Shown here piece by piece: positions 1 to 10,683 of a stretch of 64,000 bases of DNA. Source of the DNA: an uncultured Gammaproteobacteria bacterium (GTDB lineage Bacteria > Patescibacteriota > Microgenomatia > Levybacterales > GWA1-39-11); the NCBI GenBank assembly GCA_964651815.1, contig CAZYWG010000001.1, forward strand, positions 65,189 through 129,188. The letters run 5' to 3'. The notes below the pieces were generated by a model. The model searched no databases. It was not told the DNA's origin and saw nothing but the letters and a program-made list of their open reading frames with translations. Each line of letters begins with the position of its first letter. Positions within the stretch are counted from its first letter, which is position 1. Both the position numbers and the translations under genes were made by a program.

Positions 1-570
1 GGTGGAAATTCTTCTAGTGGAAATACGGGCGGCAGCAATTCAATAAATACCGGCGGCTCACAAACAAATGTAAACGTTTCGGTAGGTGGGTCTACCAACA
101 TATCTTCATCAAGTTGCGGAAAGATGCTCGGGCAAAATGATGAGTGGGTGGAACTTTTCAACCCCACTGACCACGATATTTCCCTCAAAGATTGGACATT
201 AACCGATAATTCAGGGGCTACTTCTATTACTCATGCGAACAAAATAATTAAAGCCGGCGGATTTGCACTTCTTTCAAAAGACGCGTCCACCTGGACTCAT
301 TGGATTGTTCCCGCAGGGGCTCTGAAAGTGGAACTTGGCAATCAGATTGGCGACGGCCTGGATAATGCCGGTGATCATTTGATACTTAAAAATTCAGGCG
401 CAACAGAAGTTGACCGCATGAGTTGGGGAAGTGATACAACCGGCTTCACGCCGCCTGCTGTTAATCCGCTTGTCCCGCTTGGACACTCAACAGAAAGAAT
501 AGTCCCCGGTTTTGATACGGATGCAGTAACTGACTGGCATGACCAGAATCCACCTACTCCAGGAAATTGA
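1..570 (+). CDS. Lamin-tail-domain (LTD) protein, 5'-partial; frame 1 is open from base 1
   Basis: There is no stop codon in frame from nt 1. The motif 'EWVELFNPTDHDISLKDWTL...DHLILKN' is typical of the LTD fold, and the N-terminal part is Gly/Ser/Asn-rich. Confidence 0.6.
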   Translation, partial: GGNSSSGNTGGSNSINTGGSQTNVNVSVGGSTNISSSSCGKMLGQNDEWVELFNPTDHDISLKDWTLTDNSGATSITHANKIIKAGGFALLSKDASTWTHWIVPAGALKVELGNQIGDGLDNAGDHLILKNSGATEVDRMSWGSDTTGFTPPAVNPLVPLGHSTERIVPGFDTDAVTDWHDQNPPTPGN

Positions 571-646
571 TAGAATGCTTGTAATTCATGCTCTACTCGA
601 ATTTTCTTGAAGGGATTTTCTAAAGTTAAATCTGTGTCAATGAAAA

Positions 647-1891
647 TTATCTGTTGAAAACGGAGAAAATAAACTTTCTAATTTTAAAAATAAAATCTTC
701 ATTTTCGAGTTTTAATACCATTGTTTTATTGTTGCCCGGTCTGATACTAATTGTCATTTCTTTAAAACCTACAGCTCGAATTTTTGCAGTTTGAAATGGT
801 GTAAAAAACGGAAAAGAATAATTCCCGTTTTTATCTGTGAAAAAATGTTTGTTTCCAATTTGCATATCTGCATTTTCAATTGAGCCTCCGGCTCCATCCT
901 TTAAAGAGCCGAACGCGAGAGATGGTAGGTACACTGACTGAACCGCCGATACTGCATCTTTGGGCGTTCCATCGTCTCTCCACAACGCAGTTGAGCCACC
1001 TGTATTTGTCCAATAATTTACGCCAATTACTTCTTTTTCCTTGACAAGACTCGCAAGTGCATCTTTTATCCAAGAGGCTTGTTCTTTATCATTCATTTGA
1101 CCGTTAATGTCCGGGATCGGCGCGCCAAATTCACCTAATACTATTTTTCCGCCTGAAGTATTAGAAATTGATTTTATGTCAGAAACAAGCTTTTCAGGAG
1201 TTGTGACATAATGGTCAATTGCAACAACTCCATCCAATGCGTTTGTTGTATCGCGGTCCATAACAACCTTTGCAACATCCGCGTTCATTGAATCAAAATT
1301 GGAAGCAACATTTTTGTTTATTCCCACAAATTGTGCGCGTGTTACAGAATACTCGTCAATCATAAATTTTCTAAAACCCTCAATATCTCCTGTCTGCCGT
1401 GGATCTCCTGCGTCAGTGCCCCCATTTTCACATTCCGGACAAGCTGTAAAAACGTCTCCGTCCATAAATAAATCTTTATGTTTTGTAATAAAATCTGCCG
1501 TTTTTTTAAGATGTTCAGCGCGTGTTATTTTAGGATAATCAAACCAACCTTCCCACCCGGAAAAATTACCCCTAAACCAAACTTTCAAATTGTATTTTCT
1601 GGCGGCTGCAACCCATCGGGACAGTATGGGATAAAATTCCTCGTCATATGGTGTTGCAATTGCCACATGTGTTGCGCCAGCTGCAGCAATGTTTCTGTCC
1701 TGTTGGTCAATTACCCCATCAAATGATGGGTCTTTCAATTTCTGTCTTGATAAATCACGGGAATATTTCATGGTATCAATTGACTGAAAATTCCACCACG
1801 TGGCTTTTTGTTGAAGGGCATTTGTCTTAAACCCTACAAATAGAAAATAAAATATAACTACTATAAGTACGAGAACTATTATTTTTTTCAT
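647..1891 (-). CDS. Membrane-anchored TIM-barrel glycoside hydrolase (clan GH-A, GH5-like) with a C-terminal carboxypeptidase-regulatory-like beta domain
   Basis: N-terminal TM helix. 'VLGEFGAPI' looks like a GH5 nucleophile motif, with an acid/base-like 'PECENGG'. The C-terminus has an 'NGNYSFPF' motif. Last gene of the minus-strand glycan operon. Confidence 0.45.
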   Translation of the reverse strand: MKKIIVLVLIVVIFYFLFVGFKTNALQQKATWWNFQSIDTMKYSRDLSRQKLKDPSFDGVIDQQDRNIAAAGATHVAIATPYDEEFYPILSRWVAAARKYNLKVWFRGNFSGWEGWFDYPKITRAEHLKKTADFITKHKDLFMDGDVFTACPECENGGTDAGDPRQTGDIEGFRKFMIDEYSVTRAQFVGINKNVASNFDSMNADVAKVVMDRDTTNALDGVVAIDHYVTTPEKLVSDIKSISNTSGGKIVLGEFGAPIPDINGQMNDKEQASWIKDALASLVKEKEVIGVNYWTNTGGSTALWRDDGTPKDAVSAVQSVYLPSLAFGSLKDGAGGSIENADMQIGNKHFFTDKNGNYSFPFFTPFQTAKIRAVGFKEMTISIRPGNNKTMVLKLENEDFIFKIRKFIFSVFNR

Positions 1892-1892
1892 G

Positions 1893-3533
1893 TTATCTTT
1901 GTGGTCCTAACACTGGCTTTGTATTTAACCCATTTAAAAATTGCGGTTTTAATTCGTAAATATCAGCAAATGGATAATGGTTGACTAATTTATAATCTCC
2001 AAGCTTATATGCAGTTGTTTTACTTACTAACTTAAATGTGGAATCATTAAGATCATTTGTTCTCATTACTATCCACCTTGCCCAACGGTCCGGCAAGGTT
2101 GTTGCTGATGTCCAATATAGACCTGTCCCCTCATGAATAAAACGGCCCATAGAAAGCCCTGAGGAAAAAATAATGGCGTCGTGGGAGGCAGCAGATATTA
2201 ATACAAAGCCGGGCTTATTAGTAACATTATTTCTGAGCCATCCGGAAACTTCGGAAACGTTTTTTTGTGAAGATCCAACTTTGGCGTCATCTATAGTAAC
2301 CGCGTCAAAATTTGCAAAAGAGAAGAAAAGAACAAATGCAATAAGCCCTATCAAAACAAGCCTGAAATTTTTGGCGCGGCCTACCAGATATCCTGCAAAG
2401 ATTGCAATTGATGGCATCATCATAATTCCATAGCGCACATTAAACCAGGTGTTTCCAGAAATTCCCTGGATATATAAAACGGATTGACCCATAAAAAGCG
2501 CGATAATGTTAAATATTAAAGGCGCAAGAAGCGCGAGAGACGCAATTTTGACTGAAGTTTTTACTTTTTTGTCAAGCCAGAAAACCACAGCACCTAATAA
2601 ACCAAGTATAGAGATGAAAACATTTGAATTATATAAAAGTGCGTATAGATAAACCTTTATAGAAAACAGTAAATTTCCTTTTGTTGGGAGAACTCCTGCA
2701 GCAGAAAGTTGTTGCTGCTGGGTTGCCGCTGCATATGGTCCTGTTATAAAATAAAGAGGATCTTTAAAAATTAACAGATTCCATAAAAACCAAAGAGCAA
2801 TACCGAGCCCTGCAAGCGTACAGAAAAAAATCACAGCGCCCTCACTTGCTTTGTAGCCTTTTTTTCGGAAAACATGAACGCAAATTAAAACTATTGAAAC
2901 GATAAAAAGAAACCATCCGTCGTACCGTACGAGAGTTGAAAGCATTATAAAAAATGCACCTTTTACAAGACTTAAAATGTTATCGGTTTTAAACCATTTC
3001 AGAAGTTCATAAACTCCCGCCATCATTGTTGCAATAAGCAAAAGCTCCGTCATTGCAGTTGATTGCAAATACAAAATATTGAGATTTGCTACAAAAATTG
3101 CGGCACCTGCAAGTCTCCCAAAAATTCCTACACCAAGCTCTTTTAAGAAAAGGTAAATGAGAATTCCTGTCGCAACAAAAGAGATCATAGAAACAATAGC
3201 TCCGGAAAGACCCGTATGCCACATAAAATCTATCCAGACTGTTGGGACCATTAAAAGATGTGGGAGAGGGAGCCATACGGATCCAAGTTGAGCAAGTCCT
3301 GGTTTTAACCCTTCCACAACACGCCTCCCTATATCCAAATGTGAACGTGCATCATTATATTTAAGCCCAAGCCCGTTCTGATAAAAATAATAAAATGAAA
3401 TTGCAGCGATTGCGGTAAGAATAATTAACAATAGAGCGAATCCATATTTTTTTAAAAAACGGGAGACAAAATCAAAAAGTCTATTATTTTCCGAAACTCC
3501 TATTATTAATTCTCCACTTCTAAAACTAAGCAT
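1893..3533 (-). CDS. GT-C fold membrane glycosyltransferase (PMT/ArnT, GT39/GT83-like, COG1807)
   Basis: About 11 predicted TM helices. First-loop 'RYDGW' acidic motif. Overlaps the upstream gene by 8 nt (translational coupling). Confidence 0.6.
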   Translation of the reverse strand: MLSFRSGELIIGVSENNRLFDFVSRFLKKYGFALLLIILTAIAAISFYYFYQNGLGLKYNDARSHLDIGRRVVEGLKPGLAQLGSVWLPLPHLLMVPTVWIDFMWHTGLSGAIVSMISFVATGILIYLFLKELGVGIFGRLAGAAIFVANLNILYLQSTAMTELLLIATMMAGVYELLKWFKTDNILSLVKGAFFIMLSTLVRYDGWFLFIVSIVLICVHVFRKKGYKASEGAVIFFCTLAGLGIALWFLWNLLIFKDPLYFITGPYAAATQQQQLSAAGVLPTKGNLLFSIKVYLYALLYNSNVFISILGLLGAVVFWLDKKVKTSVKIASLALLAPLIFNIIALFMGQSVLYIQGISGNTWFNVRYGIMMMPSIAIFAGYLVGRAKNFRLVLIGLIAFVLFFSFANFDAVTIDDAKVGSSQKNVSEVSGWLRNNVTNKPGFVLISAASHDAIIFSSGLSMGRFIHEGTGLYWTSATTLPDRWARWIVMRTNDLNDSTFKLVSKTTAYKLGDYKLVNHYPFADIYELKPQFLNGLNTKPVLGPQR

Positions 3534-5085
3534 TTTCTACTCCTCCCTTTTTTGAAATTAAAACATAATAAACAAGCACGCCACCAACAACTATAAATAA
3601 TGAGAACAAAAGAATTTGATAAAACTCTAAAGGAGATAAATAATTTTGTAAAAATGTCTGGTATACAAATGACTTTGAATGGCCGGTAGTTAAAAATTGC
3701 CAATTTCTATCAAAAGAGTATTTTTGTATTTGTCCCGAAATTTTTTCTAAATTTAAAACTTCTAACTGCGGCGGCACAGCACTCGTTGTAATTGCACCCA
3801 ACGCATTTACCGCAATAGAATAGAATGCGACTAAAACGAATATTACTAAAAACCATATTTTTTTACTCCAATATGTAAGAAGTAGTCCAACGAAAATTGA
3901 GAGAATAGCATAGCTTGGAATAAGATATCTCGACCCAAATGCCCACCCACCCCAAGGGTCTCCCCACATAGAATAAAGCAAAATATTTGCACCTACAATT
4001 GCCGCGAGCAAAGGAACCATCTTAACTTTTTTCTTTAGTGACAAAGCAAATCCTAAAATTCCAAATAAAATCACGGGCGCATAATACACTATACCGCGGT
4101 CAGGGCTTATGAAATGGATATAAAGCCCGTTTAAAATACTCCTTGTTTTGAAAAAACCAATTGCAGATTTTTTGTCACCTTCGTTTTGAGCCGCAGAAAT
4201 AGATGCAAGGTCGTGAGTATTTTGTACTGCTTTTGCAGAAGGTAGTGTCCCTGACAGCTGGAAAGCATTACCATAAGATGCTTGGTTAAACCAGAGGAAT
4301 AATATAATGGGCAAAATCATGACAAACGGGGTCAGTATTTTAAAAATGTTAATCTTAACAGACAAGCTTTTGTGAATATTTTCAAATGAAATAATTCTTC
4401 CGACTGCATAGATTCCAATTGGTGCCATAAAGAAAAGATTTGGATAATCAAGCGGAATTGCCGCAGCACAAGAAAGAAACGCGACAGCAAGAGCCCAAGC
4501 TTTATTTGACCTTAATAGCACATAAATACTCAGCAGTATCAGGAAGATTGAGAGATGATGCTGATACAAATCTACTGCATAGGCAAATGCAGGGGTCGCG
4601 AAGAGAAAAATAAATGATGCAATGGTCGCCGCAACCGGGTGACCACCTAAACGAATAACTATTGCTCTCAATAAAACAACGTTAAATAAGGCAAATACTG
4701 CAACCATCGCAAACGTACCTACCTGTGAAACACCTAAATATTTTCCGACTATATAGCCGGGAATTGTCACAAATGATAGAAGAGGTGCAAAAAGTGATAC
4801 ATATCTTCCATGGCTTAATGCAACGTCTGGCGTTGCAAATTTTCCTATATTATTTGAAAATTGGAATGAGTGGTCTTCTACGAGTGAGTAGGTTAATGCA
4901 AACCTCCCTCTTTCAGGAGAAAGCTCGAAAGGACCATCTACTTGCCAAATTGCATTATTTAATTCAGAAGAACTTGGATTACCCAAATTCCCGCGCATTG
5001 AAAATGCAAGAATCAGGGCACAGAATCCTACAAAAAATATTATCAAAATTTTGCTTAGTATTTTATTACTCATAAACTTTTTCAT
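3526..5085 (-). CDS. GT-C fold membrane glycosyltransferase (PMT/ArnT-like), second paralogue
   Basis: Polytopic membrane protein. N-terminal loop 'SPERGRFALTYS' resembles the PMT DE-motif region. Confidence 0.5.
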   Translation of the reverse strand: MKKFMSNKILSKILIIFFVGFCALILAFSMRGNLGNPSSSELNNAIWQVDGPFELSPERGRFALTYSLVEDHSFQFSNNIGKFATPDVALSHGRYVSLFAPLLSFVTIPGYIVGKYLGVSQVGTFAMVAVFALFNVVLLRAIVIRLGGHPVAATIASFIFLFATPAFAYAVDLYQHHLSIFLILLSIYVLLRSNKAWALAVAFLSCAAAIPLDYPNLFFMAPIGIYAVGRIISFENIHKSLSVKINIFKILTPFVMILPIILFLWFNQASYGNAFQLSGTLPSAKAVQNTHDLASISAAQNEGDKKSAIGFFKTRSILNGLYIHFISPDRGIVYYAPVILFGILGFALSLKKKVKMVPLLAAIVGANILLYSMWGDPWGGWAFGSRYLIPSYAILSIFVGLLLTYWSKKIWFLVIFVLVAFYSIAVNALGAITTSAVPPQLEVLNLEKISGQIQKYSFDRNWQFLTTGHSKSFVYQTFLQNYLSPLEFYQILLFSLFIVVGGVLVYYVLISKKGGVENA

Positions 5086-5094
5086 TTTTTAAAC

Positions 5095-6069
5095 TTAAAT
5101 ACTTATCGATCTTATTGCTTTCTTTGTAGATGAAGCTTGTTTCCATAAACCATTATCATATGTCTTTTTGAGGTGACTGCTAGAAACTCTAAAACCTATT
5201 TGAAACAAACCTGCGGCTATCGTTAAAAATGGATACTTGGTTATCATTTTTCCAACTGCTCTTAATTTATATGAATTGGGTATTTTATATTCACTGAGAA
5301 TTTTTGAACCGAATCTTTCTGCAAGTTGTTGTTTGCCGTTTGAAGACCTTGTCTTCTGGGCTAAAAAATCGCTCAAAGTGCTTGGTACCCTAAATAACAC
5401 TTTTGCGTCCTGAGCCCATTTGAATTTCATTTTATTTTTTAAGGCAAAGAAATATATAAATTGTGCGTCTGAAACTATTTTCTGATCAAATTTTATAGTT
5501 TTTGCTAAATCCGACCTTACAGCAAGAGCACACCCTCTGACATTGTTTATGTTATCTCCATTTTTGTAGTCTCTCCTTGCTTCAAGCCATACCTTAAACC
5601 ACACGACTTGGAGTTTGCCGAAAAATGTATTCTCTGAAACTGGCACCAATCTTGCACTTACTATTCCGATTTCATCTTTATAAAAATTCTCCATCATTTT
5701 GTTTAAAACATTAGAATGGCTAAGCACAACATCTCCATCAAAAGTTACTGTGACATCACTTTTATTAAGTTTGTAAATTTGCGTTAGCCTTTTTTTCTTA
5801 CCTTTTCTTATACCATCGTTCTGAAGTTTTATAAGTTTGTTATGTTTTGCTTTTTCAAAAACTATTCTGTCCGTTCCATCTGTTGTTCCGTCACAAATCA
5901 CGTTTATTTTTTCCAACACGTAACACGTTTGTTTTTGTTTATTAATGGACTCTAACAAATATCCGATATTGTCAGCTTCGTTGTGGACTGGAATTCCAAT
6001 TGATAATGTTAACTTTTTATTTTTCATGTTTATCTTATCGCTCCTTTTGTGCTGAATGCGACCGCCCAT
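5095..6069 (-). CDS. GT2 family glycosyltransferase (paralogue A); likely true start at the internal Met at 6027 (MKNKKLTL...)
   Basis: 'LSIGIPVHNEADNI...ICDGTTDGT...FDGDVV' GT-A signature. AGGAG sits upstream of the 6027 ATG. Confidence 0.75.
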   Translation of the reverse strand: MGGRIQHKRSDKINMKNKKLTLSIGIPVHNEADNIGYLLESINKQKQTCYVLEKINVICDGTTDGTDRIVFEKAKHNKLIKLQNDGIRKGKKKRLTQIYKLNKSDVTVTFDGDVVLSHSNVLNKMMENFYKDEIGIVSARLVPVSENTFFGKLQVVWFKVWLEARRDYKNGDNINNVRGCALAVRSDLAKTIKFDQKIVSDAQFIYFFALKNKMKFKWAQDAKVLFRVPSTLSDFLAQKTRSSNGKQQLAERFGSKILSEYKIPNSYKLRAVGKMITKYPFLTIAAGLFQIGFRVSSSHLKKTYDNGLWKQASSTKKAIRSISI

Positions 6070-6956
6070 TTTGCGTTCATATTTTTTTCATTTTTCTTTG
6101 CTTTGTATCTACAATAGGTGTTGACCAAGTAAACATATATGCACATAACCGGATGCTTTACAAACTGCTTAATCATATATTTTCTTAGCAATGACTTTGG
6201 AACAAAATACTCTCTTAAAACTGTATCTTCATCAAATAATCTTTTCATTCTCATTGGAGCTGCAATAAATCTTGTATTTTGTCTTACCTGATCCGTGAAT
6301 GACTGAGGTGAACGGAAATTAACTATTGCGCGCTTAACGTATTTATATTTATACCCTAGCTCAAGACATCTAAAAAAAGTGTATGCATCATTTGCAATTG
6401 TATCTTCCGGAACAACTATCTTTTTAACAAGTTCTTTTTTATAAGCTAAAATTCTACCATCTACGGAAAATACGTTATCTCCACCTCTCAATTCCGATCT
6501 CAAAGGGGCATATGCTTCAAAAGTGCAGTTAACTGCCTTTTCTGTAAATGTTTTTCCACTGACAGGTTTTGGATTCCCCCCGCACATTCCAACGCTTTTA
6601 TCTTCCATGAAGGGTTTAATCATGTCCCGTATTACAAACTGGTGAGAGAAGATTACATCCGCGTCTGACTGAATTAGATAATCATTCTTTAAAAAGGCAT
6701 AAAGTTGATTTAACCTTGTGGATTTTCCGAGTCTTTTAGAGTCGCCTATTATTTTAACTTTTTTGGACTTCACTTCTCTTGCGTATTGAACTGTTTTATC
6801 CGTTGCCCCATCAGAATATAGAAGAATTTCATCCAAAACAAATCCTTCTTCTTTCTGTTTCAAAACAGACCTAAGGAAGTTTTTAATATTGCTTTCCTCA
6901 TTATATGCGCTTATTGCAACAGTCACTTTTGGTAATTTTTTATTCTTTATTTCCAT
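6030..6956 (-). CDS. GT2 family glycosyltransferase (paralogue B)
   Basis: 'VTVAISAYNEESNI...YSDGATDKT...SDADVIF'. Confidence 0.75.
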   Translation of the reverse strand: MEIKNKKLPKVTVAISAYNEESNIKNFLRSVLKQKEEGFVLDEILLYSDGATDKTVQYAREVKSKKVKIIGDSKRLGKSTRLNQLYAFLKNDYLIQSDADVIFSHQFVIRDMIKPFMEDKSVGMCGGNPKPVSGKTFTEKAVNCTFEAYAPLRSELRGGDNVFSVDGRILAYKKELVKKIVVPEDTIANDAYTFFRCLELGYKYKYVKRAIVNFRSPQSFTDQVRQNTRFIAAPMRMKRLFDEDTVLREYFVPKSLLRKYMIKQFVKHPVMCIYVYLVNTYCRYKAKKNEKNMNAKWAVAFSTKGAIR

Positions 6957-7858
6957 AATAATTTTTTAGAGCTTGTTGCAATATCCCAGGTAGATAAATC
7001 TACTTGTTTCCTCGAGGAAAGATACAATATATAGAACTTAATAGCTAAAAACGCCATTCCAGTAATTGGCTTTTTTAACAAATACATGCTGAGGTCGCTT
7101 GCGATGTATCTAGGAGGGATCTGATATTCTCTTTCAACAACTTTTTTGTCAAAATATTTCTGAATATTGCGTTTTCCTTGCTCAAACCTCATGCTTTGCT
7201 TGGCATGATCAGAAAATTTTGTTGGCGACCTAAATTTGACGATCGCATTTGGGGCAAACTTGAATTTAAATCCCATACCTTTACATGCCAAATAAGAAAA
7301 GGCATCTTCAGGACCTTCCTCCGCCCATATCAGCTTTTTATAAAAATCGCGGCTGAATGCACGGGCTCTTCCGTGACACATGTAAACATTGTCTCCCGCG
7401 TTATATTTTTGATATACCGATTTTTTGAATTCGTGACTATCTGATATTATTTTTTCAAAAAAAGATCGGCCAGGAATGCTTTCAATTGCTGCACCTACGA
7501 GTCCCACTTTTCTATCCTCTGAAATTGGCTTAATTATCTCCTGCATAAAATTGGTTCCAAATGGAAGAACATCAGCATCTAACATGATAAGGATATTTGA
7601 ATTTGCAAGCGAAATAATTTCATTTTGTGTATTCATTGCTCCTTTCCGTTCTTTTCTGTCAATAATTGTTATTTTTTTACTTCCAATCCTTTTTAACATC
7701 TCGACAGTTTTGTCAGTGCTGCCATCTGAAATAACAAGGATTTTATCCAAATGGATGTTTGAATAATCTTGCTTCAGGAGAGTTTGTGCGAGTACTGCAA
7801 TGTTCTGCTCTTCATTGTAAGCAGGTATTCCTATTGTTAGTGTTATTTGTTTTGTCAT
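6947..7858 (-). CDS. GT2 family glycosyltransferase (paralogue C)
   Basis: 'LTIGIPAYNEEQNI...ISDGSTDKT...LDADVLP'. Confidence 0.75.
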   Translation of the reverse strand: MTKQITLTIGIPAYNEEQNIAVLAQTLLKQDYSNIHLDKILVISDGSTDKTVEMLKRIGSKKITIIDRKERKGAMNTQNEIISLANSNILIMLDADVLPFGTNFMQEIIKPISEDRKVGLVGAAIESIPGRSFFEKIISDSHEFKKSVYQKYNAGDNVYMCHGRARAFSRDFYKKLIWAEEGPEDAFSYLACKGMGFKFKFAPNAIVKFRSPTKFSDHAKQSMRFEQGKRNIQKYFDKKVVEREYQIPPRYIASDLSMYLLKKPITGMAFLAIKFYILYLSSRKQVDLSTWDIATSSKKLLWK

Positions 7859-7859
7859 A

Positions 7860-8903
7860 TTATTTATTTGTGCTTATTCCGTAATGCAGAAAATCAACCC
7901 AATTATTAATCGTGCTTTTTCCATATCCTTTTCCTGTCAACCCGTGAGTTGCCGAATTTACAATAAATCCACTGAACAAGCGACCGAAGTCTTTTCTGAA
8001 TGAATATTTATTGTTAATTTCCTTTAAAAGCAACTGGTAGAATAAATTATCCCGCTTCCACCAATACCTAATTGTCGTCACCATTTCGTGAATTGGATCC
8101 GTATACACACAGTGCTGCAGGTCAATAAGGACGATCTTTCCTTTTGAAAGCATAATGTTTTTAAAGTGTAAATCGCGGTGTGTAAGAACTTTATTGTTAT
8201 TTTTTAAGAGTGCCGGGATGGAAGCTGTAAAAACCGGAATCCCTTTGATGATACTTAAAGTAAATTTTGGATAGCTAATTAATGCTTTAACTACTAATAA
8301 CGGGTAGAGAAAGATGTAATCAGTAGAGGTTCTTACAGAAATTCTTCTTTTTTCAGCTGCTGTTAAATTATTACCAATGAAGTGTAGAAAATCTATTATC
8401 TTCAAATATATTGATATCTTTTCTTCCGGAACTACATCTTGCGCAACTTTTCCATCTATAAATTCTATTAGAAAAAACACTTTATTTTTATCTTCGATTT
8501 TCTTAATCACCTTTGGAATATATATATCTTTAAACTCTGCAGGCATTTTCTTTCCAATTCTTTTTACCACTTTGTTTAAAACTTCATACATGTATATCTC
8601 GTTTAAAAGCGAGTAATAATGATATCCTTTTAATCTTGCATCCTTCATTTTGGCAAATGCTTTTCTGCCATTTTTGTCTTCATAGATTGCGAGGGGGTAT
8701 GATTTTCTTGGGCCTGTTTTTTTTACCACGGAGACAAACTCAAAATTATCAACCTTTTTAGGAAATTTGATGGGTTCGTAATGCCTCAAATATCCTCTGG
8801 CCCATGCGCCAAAATTGTTTATTAGAAGAGAGAATAAATTATAAGAACTTTTGTTTATATTTTTCATATTTATTATTTTTTTGTCGAAACGGCAGTTTCC
8901 CAA
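7860..8903 (-). CDS. Protein-kinase-like fold phosphotransferase (APH / Kdo-kinase / WaaP-like); the start may be the internal Met at 8867
   Basis: Catalytic loop 'THRDLHFKNIML' and downstream 'IVLIDLQ' (DFG-like). Hinge 'FFLIEFIDG'. Inserted inside the GT2 paralogue array. Confidence 0.5.
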   Translation of the reverse strand: MGNCRFDKKIINMKNINKSSYNLFSLLINNFGAWARGYLRHYEPIKFPKKVDNFEFVSVVKKTGPRKSYPLAIYEDKNGRKAFAKMKDARLKGYHYYSLLNEIYMYEVLNKVVKRIGKKMPAEFKDIYIPKVIKKIEDKNKVFFLIEFIDGKVAQDVVPEEKISIYLKIIDFLHFIGNNLTAAEKRRISVRTSTDYIFLYPLLVVKALISYPKFTLSIIKGIPVFTASIPALLKNNNKVLTHRDLHFKNIMLSKGKIVLIDLQHCVYTDPIHEMVTTIRYWWKRDNLFYQLLLKEINNKYSFRKDFGRLFSGFIVNSATHGLTGKGYGKSTINNWVDFLHYGISTNK

Positions 8904-9781
8904 TATCCCCCAATATAATTTTCCTTTGGAATTCCTGCTCCTTTTCTCAAAACAACTTGCAAAATCAAAGAAAGACTAGTAAATAAAGGATTTTTAAGCA
9001 AATTTTTTGTGACTGCTTTCAGTTTTAGAATTGTTGAAGTTTTGTAGTATTCGTTGACCCACAATCCAAATTGTTGCTCTACAAATTTTTTTGAAAATAT
9101 TAATCTGCTGTGTTGTGTAAAAAAATCATTTAAATTATCAACAGTTCTGTAAAATACGACTGCTTTTTCTGCAAATTTAAATTTGTACCCCAAACTAACT
9201 GCGGTGAAATAGGTAAAGTCATCGTCAGGAATTATGTTATTTGGAATCACAACTTGTCTCGCAAATTCACGGGTCAATGCAGAAACACATCCCAAATTAT
9301 TGTGTATAGAATCTCCATTGTTTATATTACTTCTTATTTCAAACCAGATTTCAAGCCATGTGTAAATTACTTTTTCAAAAAGATTTCGAGGAGAGAGCGG
9401 AAGATTACATCCACCCACAAGTCCCACACGAGGACTATCAAACTTTTTAATAATTTCCGAAATTACATTCATATGGGCCATAACTACATCTGCGTCTAAA
9501 ATTAAAATAACATCCGATTTGTTGGTTTTATAAAATTTGTTAAGTCTTTCAGCTTTTCCCAATCTTTTCCCGTCATCAATAAGATGTAGGCAATCGATTT
9601 TTTTGATATATTTTTTAACAACTTCTGCAGTTTTGTCACTGCATCCATCACAAGCTACGGTTACAGATTCAAGAATAAAGTTATTTCTTTTTTGCACTCT
9701 TATGGAATCAAGTAACTTTCCTATATTACCCTCCTCATTGTGCGCGGAAATTCCGATTGTAAGTGTTTTATTTTTTTTCAT
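8873..9781 (-). CDS. GT2 family glycosyltransferase (paralogue D)
   Basis: 'LTIGISAHNEEGNI...ACDGCSDKT...LDADVVM'. Start codon overlaps the stop of the upstream gene (TAATG). Confidence 0.75.
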   Translation of the reverse strand: MKKNKTLTIGISAHNEEGNIGKLLDSIRVQKRNNFILESVTVACDGCSDKTAEVVKKYIKKIDCLHLIDDGKRLGKAERLNKFYKTNKSDVILILDADVVMAHMNVISEIIKKFDSPRVGLVGGCNLPLSPRNLFEKVIYTWLEIWFEIRSNINNGDSIHNNLGCVSALTREFARQVVIPNNIIPDDDFTYFTAVSLGYKFKFAEKAVVFYRTVDNLNDFFTQHSRLIFSKKFVEQQFGLWVNEYYKTSTILKLKAVTKNLLKNPLFTSLSLILQVVLRKGAGIPKENYIGGYWETAVSTKK

Positions 9782-10683
9782 TATGCTAGGATTTTAGTCG
9801 ACTTAATTATTTGCCACATGTCTGGATTACGATTTGTTTTAATTAATACAACTCTTAAATGAATATATTTCATGGTTAAATATGCGATAGGATTTTTTAT
9901 GATTTGAAATAACATTGCCGCAAGTTTTAAGTAAAAAGGTTTAAAATATTCCCTTGCTATAACTTCCTCATCAATCGCTTTTGACAAATTTTCTTTGTCG
10001 CTTTTAAATCTTGACCATTGCATTATTTGTTCTGATAAAGTCTGTGGTGATTTAAACCATACTTTCGCTTGATCTTCGTATAAAAATTTAAAACCGTATT
10101 TAATGCTTTCAAAATATATAAACCTATCATCCGGAACGCCTGTTGGAATGTTAATCTTCTTAGCAAACGCCTGTGACAACGCTAATAAAGGACCACGAAC
10201 GGAAAAAATATTATCTCCATTGTTTATTCTTCCTTTAATGAAGTTGAGTGATTCAATGAAGTTATTTGATGCTGCATCATAAATTGTTTTTGCGGGCAAC
10301 GGCTGAACATTTCCTGCAACAAGCCCTATATTTTTCTTGGTTCTAAATACACCCGTGACCGTGTTTATGACCAAGTTATCATTAAGCTTGATATCCGCAT
10401 CTATTAGTACCAACAAGTCCCCTTTAAAAACTGCACATATTTCGTTTATCCTTTGGTTTTTCCCTTTGCGTGTCTTCCCATCAATTAGAACAATTCTTTT
10501 ATCTTTAAATGATTTGACAATATTGACAGTATTGTCACTACTTCCGTCTGATATAACGATAATTTCAACGAGTCTCTTTCCATCCTTCAAGCGTTGGTTA
10601 AGTAAGTCATTTAAAAGCCAGTAAATGTTTTTCCCTTCGTTGTATGCAGATATTCCGATTGATATTTGTATATTAGATTTCAT
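9781..10683 (-). CDS. GT2 family glycosyltransferase (paralogue E)
   Basis: 'ISIGISAYNEGKNI...ISDGSSDNT...IDADIKL'. Confidence 0.75.
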   Translation of the reverse strand: MKSNIQISIGISAYNEGKNIYWLLNDLLNQRLKDGKRLVEIIVISDGSSDNTVNIVKSFKDKRIVLIDGKTRKGKNQRINEICAVFKGDLLVLIDADIKLNDNLVINTVTGVFRTKKNIGLVAGNVQPLPAKTIYDAASNNFIESLNFIKGRINNGDNIFSVRGPLLALSQAFAKKINIPTGVPDDRFIYFESIKYGFKFLYEDQAKVWFKSPQTLSEQIMQWSRFKSDKENLSKAIDEEVIAREYFKPFYLKLAAMLFQIIKNPIAYLTMKYIHLRVVLIKTNRNPDMWQIIKSTKILA

